This document shows, in pieces, positions 29,561-38,552 of a stretch of 64,000 nucleotides of DNA; position 1 is the stretch's first letter, and the number at the start of each line of letters is the position of its first letter. Position numbers and translations under genes: made by a program. The notes beneath the pieces are model-generated. The model was given only the letters and a program-made list of their open reading frames with translations. It was not told the DNA's origin and did no database searches. Where the stretch lies: the NCBI GenBank assembly GCA_038060895.1, contig JBBTCT010000001.1:352001-416000 (forward strand). The letters run 5' to 3'. Source of the DNA: Planctomycetota bacterium (GTDB lineage: Bacteria > Planctomycetota > MHYJ01 > WSZJ01).

Positions 29561-29726
29561 AATTCCTTTTTGCGTCGCTTCCCCTTACCCCTATACTCCT
29601 CACCCAAGGAACGTGGCCGGCAAAGCGCCACCACCTCTTCCCCTACCGCCCGGCGCCTTTCGGGTGCCTCCGGCTCACCCCGGACCGCCCGGCCGGCTCG
29701 AAAGGCCCCTTCGGAGGAATCACTTG

Positions 29727-30497
29727 ATGGGAAACCCGAACAGCGAACCCGACTCGCGGCCGTCTGCCGCAACACTGACGCCTGACCTCAAGACCGACAT
29801 TGAAATGTGGCTCAGCCACGACGTGACGAAGCGCAACGGATCGCTCGTGCGAATCGTCGCCCTCGGAGCCACCGCTGCCCGCGCCCTCGTCGAAACGATG
29901 TTTCTCAACGCGCGCGAATCCCTCCGGCAGTCGCAACTCCAGAACGCCCTCCGGGAAATCGGTCCGTCCGCCTTCCAGCCGATCGCGCAGGCCCTCGGCA
30001 GGATTCCGGCGATCAAAACCATGACCGACGTCGCGCTTCTCGAGGATCTCACCGAAACCCTTCTTTCCCTCGACGGCCGCCGCGGTGCGCCGGTCGCGGT
30101 CGAACAGCTGTCGAAGCTTTCGGCGGTGCCGATCGGAAACCGCCTCATGGCCGAGACCATCAACAACGCACGGCTGCGCCTCGTCGTGAAGACGGCCGGC
30201 ACGTGCTGTTCTCCGGAAGCGGTCGACGAAGTCCTCGCGTACCTGGGTGACGGAACGACACTCGTGCCGCTCGCGCTGATCGAAGTGCTGGAAAAGTGCG
30301 GCGACCGGCGCGCGCTGACGCCGCTTCTCAGGCTGTTCCCTCGCCAGAACGCGGCGAGCGAGCATTCGGGGCGCCAGATTTCGGAAGCGTTCCGGGCGAT
30401 TGTGAAGAGAGAGAAGCTCGCCATCGATTCCGCGGCGTTTGCAGACTGCGGGGCGAACGAGAAGGAGCTGGCCGCGCGCTGGTTTGCGAAAAAGTAA
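29727..30497 (+). CDS. Hypothetical HEAT-repeat-like helical protein
   Basis: GGAGG RBS before ATG 29727; ALREIGPSA, GDRRALTPLL. Confidence 0.65.
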   Translation: MGNPNSEPDSRPSAATLTPDLKTDIEMWLSHDVTKRNGSLVRIVALGATAARALVETMFLNARESLRQSQLQNALREIGPSAFQPIAQALGRIPAIKTMTDVALLEDLTETLLSLDGRRGAPVAVEQLSKLSAVPIGNRLMAETINNARLRLVVKTAGTCCSPEAVDEVLAYLGDGTTLVPLALIEVLEKCGDRRALTPLLRLFPRQNAASEHSGRQISEAFRAIVKREKLAIDSAAFADCGANEKELAARWFAKK

Positions 30498-30518
30498 CCG
30501 TCCTTGATCTGATCATTG

Positions 30519-30542
30519 GCCCCGGGAAACCGGGGCTTTTTT
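30519..30542 (+). terminator. Intrinsic terminator
   Basis: GCCCCGG-GAAA-CCGGGGC followed by TTTTTT, between convergent genes. Confidence 0.85.
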
Positions 30543-30549
30543 GTTGGAC

Positions 30550-31488
30550 CTACTTCGCAGGCACGACTCGCTCGAAATAGCCTCTCACGATCTCGCGATC
30601 GGCTTCGGGAAATCCATCGCGCCCCGTGAAGGCCTCCGCCTGGCGCCGGTACGCGGCGAGGCGCTCGGGATCGGTGGCCGCTTCGGGCGCGCCGCCGGCG
30701 GCCGCGCCCGCGTCGAGGCCGAGGCCGGAGGAGGGTTTCCAGGCTCCTTCGCCGACAAGCGGGTCGACGTGCTCGGGGCGTTCGCGGAGCTTCTTGCGTT
30801 CGGGGTCGCCAAACAGCGGCGGGGGTGGCGCCGGGCGGCCCCGTCCGGGAAGCGCGCCGGGGCCGGTTTCTTCTCCGTCGGCGGGGTTGGCAGTCCCCGA
30901 CCGGCCCCCACCGCTTCCTCCTCCGGCAAGTTCCCGCTCGCCGATGGTGGCCCCGCTTCGGGGACGGCGCGCGCGGACCGGACTTGCGGCCTCCTCGCGC
31001 CGGGGATCGGGCAAGGGAAAGAGCGCGACGAGAAGGGCGGCGATCACCGCGGCGAGCGCCCAGCGGCGGCGGCCTGCCACGGGGGCGGGAAGGACTCGGC
31101 CCGGGGCGGCCGCAGACAAGTCCGCCTCCGCCTGCCGGCGCAAGAGCGGCGCGAGGGCGCCCGGCGCGTCTTCGAGCGCGGTGGCGACGCTGTCATGAAG
31201 GCCGAGGGAGCGATCGGCAGCGCGGGCGAGGTCGGTGGCGGCGGGGCGGGTGGTGACGGCACGGATCAGAGCCGCCGCGGCGGAAACCACCAGCGCCGCG
31301 CCTAGTGCCACGAAGGCGCCGCTCGCGGTCGAGAGCGGACGCCCGCCCGGCGAGAACTCGAGGCGAATGCGGTCGGCGACCAGGACCGATGCGGCCCCGT
31401 ACGACGTCCAGAAGAATGCGTCCAGGAAAGCTTCGCGAGCGGCGACGACCCGGGCGCGGCGGGCAAGGCGGTCGAGGAAGTCGCGCAT
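30550..31488 (-). CDS. Hypothetical membrane protein with a Gly/Pro-rich C-terminus
   Basis: TM helices, ARAADRSLGLHDSVATALE, C-terminal P..DREIVRGYF. Confidence 0.7.
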   Translation of the reverse strand: MRDFLDRLARRARVVAAREAFLDAFFWTSYGAASVLVADRIRLEFSPGGRPLSTASGAFVALGAALVVSAAAALIRAVTTRPAATDLARAADRSLGLHDSVATALEDAPGALAPLLRRQAEADLSAAAPGRVLPAPVAGRRRWALAAVIAALLVALFPLPDPRREEAASPVRARRPRSGATIGERELAGGGSGGGRSGTANPADGEETGPGALPGRGRPAPPPPLFGDPERKKLRERPEHVDPLVGEGAWKPSSGLGLDAGAAAGGAPEAATDPERLAAYRRQAEAFTGRDGFPEADREIVRGYFERVVPAK

Positions 31489-32351
31489 TACTGGAACCCG
31501 CCGAGGAAGAGAATCCCGAAGTTGAAGACGGCGTGCGTCGCGAGCGTCGCTTCGGCGCCGCGGCGGATGTAGACGATGGCAAACAGGATCCCGATCGGGA
31601 AGACCTGCAGGAATTTAACCATCTCAGGGTTCATGGTCATCGCGTGCCCCGCGGCCCAGATCGCGGACGACAGGATGACGGCGATGGCGGTCGAGCCCTG
31701 GGCCCTGCGCAGGAGGAGGCGCAGGGCGTTGAGCAGGAAGAGGCGCACGAAGACTTCTTCCCAGATCGCGGCGGCGATGCCGAATCCGAGCTGGAGGAGG
31801 ATGTTCCCGGCAAAAATGACGAGGACAGGCTCGGTACCCTGCGCCGGCTGCGGAGGCTTGCCGGTCATGACCTCGCATCCCTTGAAAAGGATGACCGACC
31901 AGGCGAGGGCGACGCCACTCGCGACAACGGCGATGCCGAGAGTCTCGAGAACCGGTTTCCTGGCCTTCTCCGGCTCGGTCATCGCGAGGCGGGTGACGGG
32001 GAACGGCGGGGTCTTCACGCGCTCCGAGAGCCAGGCGCCCGTCGCGGCCATCACGAACCCGGAGAGAAAGAGAGCGGGGAGGAAGACGATGGACTGGGTG
32101 TACATCAGGTCGCGAAAGAACCGCTCCTCGAACTTCCCGGGCGCGACGCGCGAGAGCGCCACGATCACGAGGAGCTGGCAGAGGCCGATCATGAAGGCGA
32201 TGGTCAGCGCGGCGGGGACATGCCTGCCGACCTGGCGACGGCGCTTCCAGAAGAGCGACCCGGCGGCCGCAAACGAGATAATCGCGGTCGCGGTGTAGAC
32301 GAGCACCGCGTGCTCGAGTCCGCCCGATGAAACGGCCGCGAGGGGAATCAC
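31488..32351 (-). CDS. CPBP/Abi (CAAX protease-like) intramembrane metalloprotease
   Basis: AAIWEEVFVR, SSAIWAAGH, THAVFN; GTG 32351 overlaps the upstream stop. Confidence 0.85.
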   Translation of the reverse strand: MIPLAAVSSGGLEHAVLVYTATAIISFAAAGSLFWKRRRQVGRHVPAALTIAFMIGLCQLLVIVALSRVAPGKFEERFFRDLMYTQSIVFLPALFLSGFVMAATGAWLSERVKTPPFPVTRLAMTEPEKARKPVLETLGIAVVASGVALAWSVILFKGCEVMTGKPPQPAQGTEPVLVIFAGNILLQLGFGIAAAIWEEVFVRLFLLNALRLLLRRAQGSTAIAVILSSAIWAAGHAMTMNPEMVKFLQVFPIGILFAIVYIRRGAEATLATHAVFNFGILFLGGFQ

Positions 32352-33847
32352 TGGGGGCGGTGCCGGACTTTCTTGAGGAACTCGTTGAGGTCGAAGGGCG
32401 GCTCGCCCTTGATGAAGCAGGGGCGCTTGTGCTCTTCGTGGCAGGACTGGCAGATCCGCGTGATGACGCAGGTCGGGCACTTCTTGTCGAACGCGAAGAT
32501 CGTCTCGCGGCGCTCGACGTCGGTTTTCGCCTCGATGTGCTTCAGACCGGGCCCGTGGCAGGACTCGCAGCCGACGTTCTTGAAGTCAGGCGTGTCTTTC
32601 GCATTCCGAAAACCTTTCTTCATGCCGAAGCCCGTGGTGTGGCACGGGAGACATTTCGGATCCTCCGCCTTCCCCTGGCGCTCAAGCGACGCGAACGACT
32701 TTCCGTGCGGCGTGCCCGACCACTGCGCGTGCGCCTCGGCGTGGCACTCGAGGCACTTCGAAGAGCCGACATAGTCCGTCTTCCCGCAGACTTCCGCGTA
32801 CATCTGGTCCTTGATAGCGCCGATCGCGAGCGGACGCGCGTCGAAGTTCGCCTTCTCGGAGAAAGCCGCCCGGCGCTGCGGATGCGCGACGTACTTCATC
32901 GCGATTTCCGGGTCCTGGAAGAACGAGAATTTCTGCGTGTGGCACTTTCCGCACGTCTGCAGGTAGTCGTCGTTCTTGAGCGACATCGGGTGCGTCGTCG
33001 AATGCGTGCGCTCGGGAATGTGGCACGCCTCGCACTGCACGTCGGCCAGCGTCCGGTGCTTCTCGCGGTCGCTGTACCCGCCCTTCTCCCACCCGACCAC
33101 GTGGCACCCGATGCACTCCGCTTCCCCGTCGCGCCCCAGCAGCGACAGGTCTTCCAGCGCGATCGAGTGCGGCGTCATGAGCCAGTCACGGAACATGTCG
33201 CGGTGACAGGCGCCGCAATGAAGCGCGCCCTTGAAATCCTTCGAGGGCGCCGGCGTGATGCGGCGAACGGTGATGCGGAACTCGTTTTTCGCCTTCTCGG
33301 CTTCGTAAGCGAGTTCGCGGGCTTCGTACCGGAAGAGCTCCTTGTCCCATGCCGAGCCGGGGAGGTGGGCGAATCGAATGGACCCGTCGTGGCCGACCAG
33401 GAGCAGGGCCGGGCGGAGGGCCACCGGGATGGAGGCGTCGACCTGCGGCGCAACGGCACCCATGATCCCGGCGACGCCGGCCTTGCGCGCGGCCTCGTCC
33501 GTCGCGGCGTCGGGCGCAGCCCAATAAGCCTTGAAGTCCTTCTCCCCCGCCGCAACCGCGGCCGCTTCCTTCAGCAGCTCCACCGGGTCGTCGCCAGCTT
33601 TGGGCACCGCGAGCACGAACGGGACCCCCAGCGCCGCAACTTTCTTTCCGTCCACCTCGAAGGCGGGAAGCGCCTGCGTGTCGGAGAGCACGCGCGACTG
33701 CCAGTCGAACGCCGCGTCCAGCGGCCGCTTCGCTCCGGGACCCGCGGGTCCGCCGCCGGGCTCCGCGCCGGGGCCACCCGTACAGCTCGTCCAGAGGACG
33801 AGGGGTGCGAGTGCAACGAGAGCGCCGAAGAGGTGGGACCGCGTCAT
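32348..33847 (-). CDS. Octaheme cytochrome c, probable lipoprotein (two c554-like tetraheme modules)
   Basis: Eight CXXCH: CGACH, CIGCH, CEACH, CGKCH, CLECH, CLPCH, CESCH, CQSCH; lipobox-like WTSC. Confidence 0.9.
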   Translation of the reverse strand: MTRSHLFGALVALAPLVLWTSCTGGPGAEPGGGPAGPGAKRPLDAAFDWQSRVLSDTQALPAFEVDGKKVAALGVPFVLAVPKAGDDPVELLKEAAAVAAGEKDFKAYWAAPDAATDEAARKAGVAGIMGAVAPQVDASIPVALRPALLLVGHDGSIRFAHLPGSAWDKELFRYEARELAYEAEKAKNEFRITVRRITPAPSKDFKGALHCGACHRDMFRDWLMTPHSIALEDLSLLGRDGEAECIGCHVVGWEKGGYSDREKHRTLADVQCEACHIPERTHSTTHPMSLKNDDYLQTCGKCHTQKFSFFQDPEIAMKYVAHPQRRAAFSEKANFDARPLAIGAIKDQMYAEVCGKTDYVGSSKCLECHAEAHAQWSGTPHGKSFASLERQGKAEDPKCLPCHTTGFGMKKGFRNAKDTPDFKNVGCESCHGPGLKHIEAKTDVERRETIFAFDKKCPTCVITRICQSCHEEHKRPCFIKGEPPFDLNEFLKKVRHRPQ

Positions 33848-33908
33848 GGAGGAATTCTACGTCAAGGTCCGCGGTAGCAGCCGGCGCACCTGGATTTCCT
33901 CCCGCCCG

Positions 33909-34193
33909 CTACCTGCCTCCGCCTGCAATCGCCGGGACGATGGACATCTCATCCCCTTCCTTCACCGGCGTCGCTTCCCCCTGCAGAAACCTCACGTCCT
34001 TGTCGTTCACGAAGACGTTGAGGTACCGGCGTACTTTTCCGGTGGCGGGGTCGCACAGCTTGTCCTTCACGCCGGGGAACGCGGTGTCGAGGCTGGCGAT
34101 CACGTCGCCGACGGTTGCGCCCGAGCCCTGGATTTCCGGCTGGCCGCCGGTGAGTTTCTGAAGCGGTGCCGGCACTCGCACTTTCACGGGCAT
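33909..34193 (-). CDS. Ubiquitin-like sulfur carrier (CysO/MoaD/ThiS family) with a C-terminal extension
   Basis: MPVKVRVPAPLQKLTGG...YLNVFVNDKDVRFLQGEATPV..GDEMSIVPAIAGGGR. Confidence 0.92.
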   Translation of the reverse strand: MPVKVRVPAPLQKLTGGQPEIQGSGATVGDVIASLDTAFPGVKDKLCDPATGKVRRYLNVFVNDKDVRFLQGEATPVKEGDEMSIVPAIAGGGR

Positions 34194-34636
34194 CAGGCCC
34201 TCCCTTCCTTGATGTCGACCCGCGTGAATTTCGCGGTGTGTTCCGGGAACGCGGTGTCGTCGTCGAGCGTCCACGCGGTCATGACCTTGTACTTGGCTTT
34301 CTCGACGGACGCAATGACGTAGACGAAGCTGCCGAAAGCGCGGCTGCGGTCGCCCTCGCTGGGGGCCGCGGGGTGGTCCGGGTGGGAGTGGTAGTAGCCG
34401 ATGACGTCGAGCCCGCGCTTCTGCGCCTCTTTCGAGACGCGCAGCTGGTCCGCGGGGGAGAGGTCGTACCAGACTTTCGGCCGGTCCGTGTTCTCGTTCG
34501 CGCCGGTCGGCGCTTCCGTCACGATGTAGTCGGCGCCCTCGCGCCGGCCGACGAGCATGCCGCACCCTTCGTGCGGGTAGGCGCGCTGCGCCTCCTCGAC
34601 GATTTTCGCGGTCGCCGCCGGGCTAATGACCAGCAA
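34193..34636 (-). CDS. JAB/MPN+ (JAMM, M67) peptidase, Mec-like
   Basis: YPHEGCG...YHSHPDHPAAPSEGD; TTG 34636 with GGGAGG RBS. Confidence 0.92.
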   Translation of the reverse strand: MLVISPAATAKIVEEAQRAYPHEGCGMLVGRREGADYIVTEAPTGANENTDRPKVWYDLSPADQLRVSKEAQKRGLDVIGYYHSHPDHPAAPSEGDRSRAFGSFVYVIASVEKAKYKVMTAWTLDDDTAFPEHTAKFTRVDIKEGRA

Positions 34637-35561
34637 GGATTTCCTCCCAGACCGGGGTCGAAAGGTACCGGTCGCCGCCATCGGGCAGCACCGTCACCAC
34701 GCACGCTCCCGGAGTCCCCCGCGCGACCTCGACCGCGGCCGCCACCGCCGCCCCGCTCGAAAAACCTGCGAGGATCGCTTCTTCCCGCGCAAGCCGCAAG
34801 ACCATGCGGTACGCATCCTCGGTTTCGACCTGCATTTTCACATCGGCCAGCGAAGCGTCGTAAATCGGCGGAACGATCGCGCTCTCCATGTGCTTCATGC
34901 CCTCGAGGCCATGAATCGGCGCCGCGGGCTCGACCGAGATGAGCCGGATGGCGGGGTTCATCTTGCGGAGAAACCGCCCCGTCCCGACGAAGGTTCCGCT
35001 TGTTCCCAGGCCGGCGACGAAATGAGTGACGCGCCCGCCGGTCTGCCGCCAGATTTCGGGCCCGGTGCCGTCAAAATGCGCCCGCCAGTTGGCATCGTTG
35101 CCGTACTGGTCGGCATAGAAATACTTGTCAGGATTCTTCTTCACCAGCTCCCGGCAGAGCACGATAGCTCCGTCGCTTCCGTCAAACGGCGACGAGTACG
35201 TCATAGAAGCGCCGTACCCGCGGATCATCGCCTTGCGCTCCGGCGAGACGTTCCCGGGGACGACCAGTTCCACGGGGAAGCGAAGCGCAGCACCCAGGAA
35301 TGCGTAGGCAATTCCGGTGTTCCCCGACGTAGAGTCGATCAGCGTCCGGCCCTTCATCCTCCCGTCCGCCATCGCCTCGGCCACGATGCGGGAAGCGGCG
35401 CGGACCTTCACGGAGCCGGAAGGATTGGCCCACTCGGCTTTCGCGAGAACCTGGGAGGAGGTCGCAGCCGCAAGGCGGCGCAGCGGAAGCAGCGGCGTAT
35501 TCCCGACCGACTCCGCAAGCGACAGGTACTCGCCGCCGCTCGGCCCCATCCCAATCCCCAT
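34623..35561 (-). CDS. cysM: PLP-dependent cysteine synthase, CysM-type
   Basis: VGNTPL, KAEWANPSGSVK, STSGNTG, GLGTSGT, GFSSG, LPDGGDRYLST; start is 35561 or 35549. Confidence 0.88.
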   Translation of the reverse strand: MGIGMGPSGGEYLSLAESVGNTPLLPLRRLAAATSSQVLAKAEWANPSGSVKVRAASRIVAEAMADGRMKGRTLIDSTSGNTGIAYAFLGAALRFPVELVVPGNVSPERKAMIRGYGASMTYSSPFDGSDGAIVLCRELVKKNPDKYFYADQYGNDANWRAHFDGTGPEIWRQTGGRVTHFVAGLGTSGTFVGTGRFLRKMNPAIRLISVEPAAPIHGLEGMKHMESAIVPPIYDASLADVKMQVETEDAYRMVLRLAREEAILAGFSSGAAVAAAVEVARGTPGACVVTVLPDGGDRYLSTPVWEEILAGH

Positions 35562-35588
35562 CCCAATCCCTCCCCATCCCAATCCCGC
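35545..35588. repeat. Hexamer repeats (CCCATC/CCAATC) over the cysM start region
   Basis: Alternating CCCATC CCAATC units; related to 47370-47450. Confidence 0.6.
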
Positions 35589-35594
35589 AAGTCC

Positions 35595-36044
35595 CTATCC
35601 CCTGTCGTTCTTCCCCTTCTTGACCTCAAACTCCTTCTCGTACATCGACACCAGGTCCGAGAAGCTCCGGCGGTCCACCACTTCGCTCATCGCCTCCTGC
35701 ACCTCCGCCCAGATCTCCCGGAACTGCTTCCCCCCGGTTTCCTCGCCCTCCTGCCCGGGCTGGGGCGCGCGCGTCACCATCAGAGGCCCGTCGATCACGC
35801 GCAGAACCTCCCCGACCGAGATGTCCTGGGGCTCGCGCGCCAGCCGGTACCCGCCTTTCGCGCCGCGCTCGCTCCGGACGAGCCCGGCGCGCTGCAGCTG
35901 GATCAGGATCTGCACGAGATACTGCGAAGGAATCGCCTGAGCTTCCGCGACCAGGTGGATCTGCGTGGGGCGCGGCCCGCCGTGCCGCTTGGCGAGTTCG
36001 AACATGGCCAGGCACGCATACTCCGCTTTGGCGCTGATTTTCAT
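35595..36044 (-). CDS. Rrf2-family regulator, CymR-like (no Fe-S Cys triad)
   Basis: MKISAKAEYA...YLVQILIQL..AGLVRSERGAKGGYRLAR.P..ISVGEV...IDG. Confidence 0.92.
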   Translation of the reverse strand: MKISAKAEYACLAMFELAKRHGGPRPTQIHLVAEAQAIPSQYLVQILIQLQRAGLVRSERGAKGGYRLAREPQDISVGEVLRVIDGPLMVTRAPQPGQEGEETGGKQFREIWAEVQEAMSEVVDRRSFSDLVSMYEKEFEVKKGKNDRG

Positions 36045-36100
36045 TCCGGCGCGTCATGCTATCGCCTGTCAGGGGGGGGTCAAGGCTGAGCGCGCTTCGC

Positions 36101-36226
36101 GCGCGCGGGCGGGCGGATAGGCGGGCGGGCGAACTACTGAACGGCCCCGAAGTTCGGGGGTCGTTTGTTTTCGCCCGCTCGCCCGCTCGCCCGCTCGCCC
36201 GCTCGCCCGCTCGCCCGCTCGCCCGC
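36101..36226. repeat. Octamer tandem repeat (TCGCCCGC x7) with an inverted partner arm and a central hairpin
   Basis: Seven perfect copies at 36171-36226; GCGGGC-type arm at 36105-36132; central AACGGCCCCGA...TCGGGGGTCGTT. Confidence 0.8.
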
Positions 36227-36264
36227 CCCCTCAGGTCCACCCCAGTTGATGCCGATAACCCAAC

Positions 36265-36825
36265 ATGCGCCACCTCCTGCCCTTCGCGCTCCTCGCCGCC
36301 GCCGTCGGCTGCGGCCGGTCGCCCAACGCGCAAAGACCGGCCGATCCGCCCGCACGGACAGCCACGCCGGGCATTTCCGAAGCGATCTCAAAGCTCGGCG
36401 ACGAGGATTACAAGGTGCGCCGCGCGGCGGCCGAAGCGCTTCTGGCGGCCGGACGGGAGAGTCTTCCGCTTCTGGCGGAAGCGCGGCTGAGCCAGGATGC
36501 GGAGGTGCGTGCGCGGGCGCAGGAACTGGTGGAGACGATTGAGGAAGAGCCGCTGGTGTGGATCGGCGCGAAGGACGACCGCTGGGAGAATGCCGAGAAC
36601 TGGGTGCCGCCGCACGTGCCGGGGCCGAGGTCGATCGCGATCGTGCCGGAGACGCCCTCGCCGCTGTCGGCGCCGGTGATCCGGGGTGAAGCGCAGGTGC
36701 TGGACCTGGTTCTGCTGAAGAAGGCGGACTTGACGGTCGAGGAGATCGCGCACCTCCGGGTGAACGGCCGGCTGCGGTCGCGCGGGACGCTGCGCGCGCT
36801 GGGCGTGGTCCAGTCGGACGAGTAG
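36265..36825 (+). CDS. Hypothetical lipoprotein with a HEAT repeat
   Basis: Lipobox AVGC; LGDEDYKVRRAAAEAL...DAEVRARA; W.G...WENAENW. Confidence 0.7.
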   Translation: MRHLLPFALLAAAVGCGRSPNAQRPADPPARTATPGISEAISKLGDEDYKVRRAAAEALLAAGRESLPLLAEARLSQDAEVRARAQELVETIEEEPLVWIGAKDDRWENAENWVPPHVPGPRSIAIVPETPSPLSAPVIRGEAQVLDLVLLKKADLTVEEIAHLRVNGRLRSRGTLRALGVVQSDE

Positions 36826-36880
36826 CCTCTCGCATCATCCGTGACTCGCCGCCCGGGGAACGCTAACCTGTCGCCTCTCC

Positions 36881-38368
36881 ATGTGCGGCATCCTCGGCTT
36901 CGTCTCGTGGGAACCCGTCGCGCCGCGACTTGTCGCGGCCGCGGACCGGCTGCAGTCGCGCGGCGAGCACTCGACGGGTGTGGCGACGTTTGACGGGCAG
37001 TTCTTCTGGGACCACGCGGGGCTGGGGTCGGCGTCGGCGGTGTTCGCGAACTACGACCTCGGGCAGCTGCGAGGCTCGATCGGGATCGCGCACACGCGGT
37101 ACGCGACGACCGGCGGAGGGACGCCCGAGAGGCTGCTGCGGAACCGCCAGCCTGTCGGAAGCGACCGTCCGGGCCTGCGGACCTGCGCGAACGGCGACCT
37201 TGTGAACCTGCACTCGGCGCGGGCGGCGCTGATGAAGAAGGGGTACACGTTCCAGACGGAGGTGGACAGCAAGGTGATCCAGGACCTGCTGATCGAACGG
37301 ATGATGGACCAGCAGATTCACGAAGCGAAGGAGATGGAGGATTACGTCGCACGGCTTTTCCAGTGCGTCGAGGGGATCCACACGGACCTGGTCGGCGCGT
37401 ACTCGGTCCTGACGATCACGGAGCGCGGGCTGCTGGCGTTCAAGGACCCCAACGGGATCCGGCCTTGCTCGATCGCGTTCCGCGAGAAGCCCAACGACAT
37501 GTTCGGGGCCAAGGAGGTCGCGTTCGCGAGCGAGTCGTCGGTCTTCAATTACTTCGGAGACTACCACGACATCCGCGAGCTCGAGCCCGGCGAGGTCATC
37601 TTCGTCGAGCGCGACACGCTTAAGGTCCACAAGGCCCGTTTCGGGCGCAGCAAGGGAGCGTTCTGCTTCTTCGAATTCGTCTACTTCGCGCGCCCGGACT
37701 CGAAGTTCAAGGGGCGCGTCGTCGAGAGCGCGCGGCGCGACCTCGGCAAGGTCCTGTCCGAGGAGTTCGCGCCTGCAAAGAAAAACATCGACGTCGTCCT
37801 CGGCGTCCCTGGGACCGGCGTTTCCGCCGGCGTCGCGATGGCCCAGGCGTGGCAGAAGCCGTTCGAGTACGGGATCATCAAGGTCGGCTCCAAGCGCTCC
37901 TTCCAGGAGACCTCGCAGGAAAAGCGCGAAAAGGCGATCGACGAAAAGTTCCTCTTCATCAAGGAGTTCATCGACGGCCAGCGCGTCGCCGTCGTCGACG
38001 ACTCCAACGTCCGCGGCACCACCGCGCGCAAGCTCGCCCGGCGCCTCTTCGAACTCGGCGCAAAGGAAGTCCACCTCTTCTATTTCTGCCCCCCCGTGAT
38101 CGGCCCCTGCTTCTACGGGATCGATACCCCCGACGAGTCGAAACTCGTCGCCGTCGGCCGCTCCAGTGAGCAGATCCGGGAGTGGATCGGCGCGACGACG
38201 GTGAATTACATCTCGGTCGAAGGGTTGATCCGGGGGTTAGGGCTGCCGAAGGACGAATTGTGCCTTGCGTGCGTCACGCGGCAGTACCCGACGTCGGTCA
38301 AGGAAGCGCAGGCGAGGGTCGCGCTGAGGAATGCGGAACAGGATGTCTGCGCGGTGTGGCCGAAGTAG
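36881..38368 (+). CDS. purF: Amidophosphoribosyltransferase (Fe-S type)
   Basis: MCGILG, HTRYATTG, CFFEFVYFARPDS, VVDDSNVRGTT, PCFYGIDTP, CLAC. Confidence 0.88.
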   Translation: MCGILGFVSWEPVAPRLVAAADRLQSRGEHSTGVATFDGQFFWDHAGLGSASAVFANYDLGQLRGSIGIAHTRYATTGGGTPERLLRNRQPVGSDRPGLRTCANGDLVNLHSARAALMKKGYTFQTEVDSKVIQDLLIERMMDQQIHEAKEMEDYVARLFQCVEGIHTDLVGAYSVLTITERGLLAFKDPNGIRPCSIAFREKPNDMFGAKEVAFASESSVFNYFGDYHDIRELEPGEVIFVERDTLKVHKARFGRSKGAFCFFEFVYFARPDSKFKGRVVESARRDLGKVLSEEFAPAKKNIDVVLGVPGTGVSAGVAMAQAWQKPFEYGIIKVGSKRSFQETSQEKREKAIDEKFLFIKEFIDGQRVAVVDDSNVRGTTARKLARRLFELGAKEVHLFYFCPPVIGPCFYGIDTPDESKLVAVGRSSEQIREWIGATTVNYISVEGLIRGLGLPKDELCLACVTRQYPTSVKEAQARVALRNAEQDVCAVWPK

Positions 38369-38392
38369 CCGCGCCTTCGGCGCGGAAGCAGC

Positions 38393-38528
38393 AGCTTCAA
38401 CGTTTCAAGTTTCAAGCAAACGGCAACTTCAAAGGGACAATTTCAAAAGACGACCTTGTCGGCCAGCGTTGCATTTGTCCGTTTGAAGTTGCCGTTTGCT
38501 TGAATCTTGAAACTTGAGATTTGAAGTT
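38393..38528. repeat. Intergenic palindrome with TTTCAAG-type heptamer arms
   Basis: TTCAAGCAAACGGCAACTTCAAA (38411-38433) pairs perfectly with 38482-38504. Confidence 0.8.
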
Positions 38529-38552
38529 GTCGGTTCCGCGCCGAGGGCGCGG

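Noticed and set aside
32348-32350. Possible Sec readthrough at the cytochrome TGA and other TGA stops (1601, 4744, 8274, 12314, 60752)
   Set aside because: These overlap or directly precede the next start, or match the family's normal C-terminus, and I saw no Cys-adjacent context or coding-like continuation.
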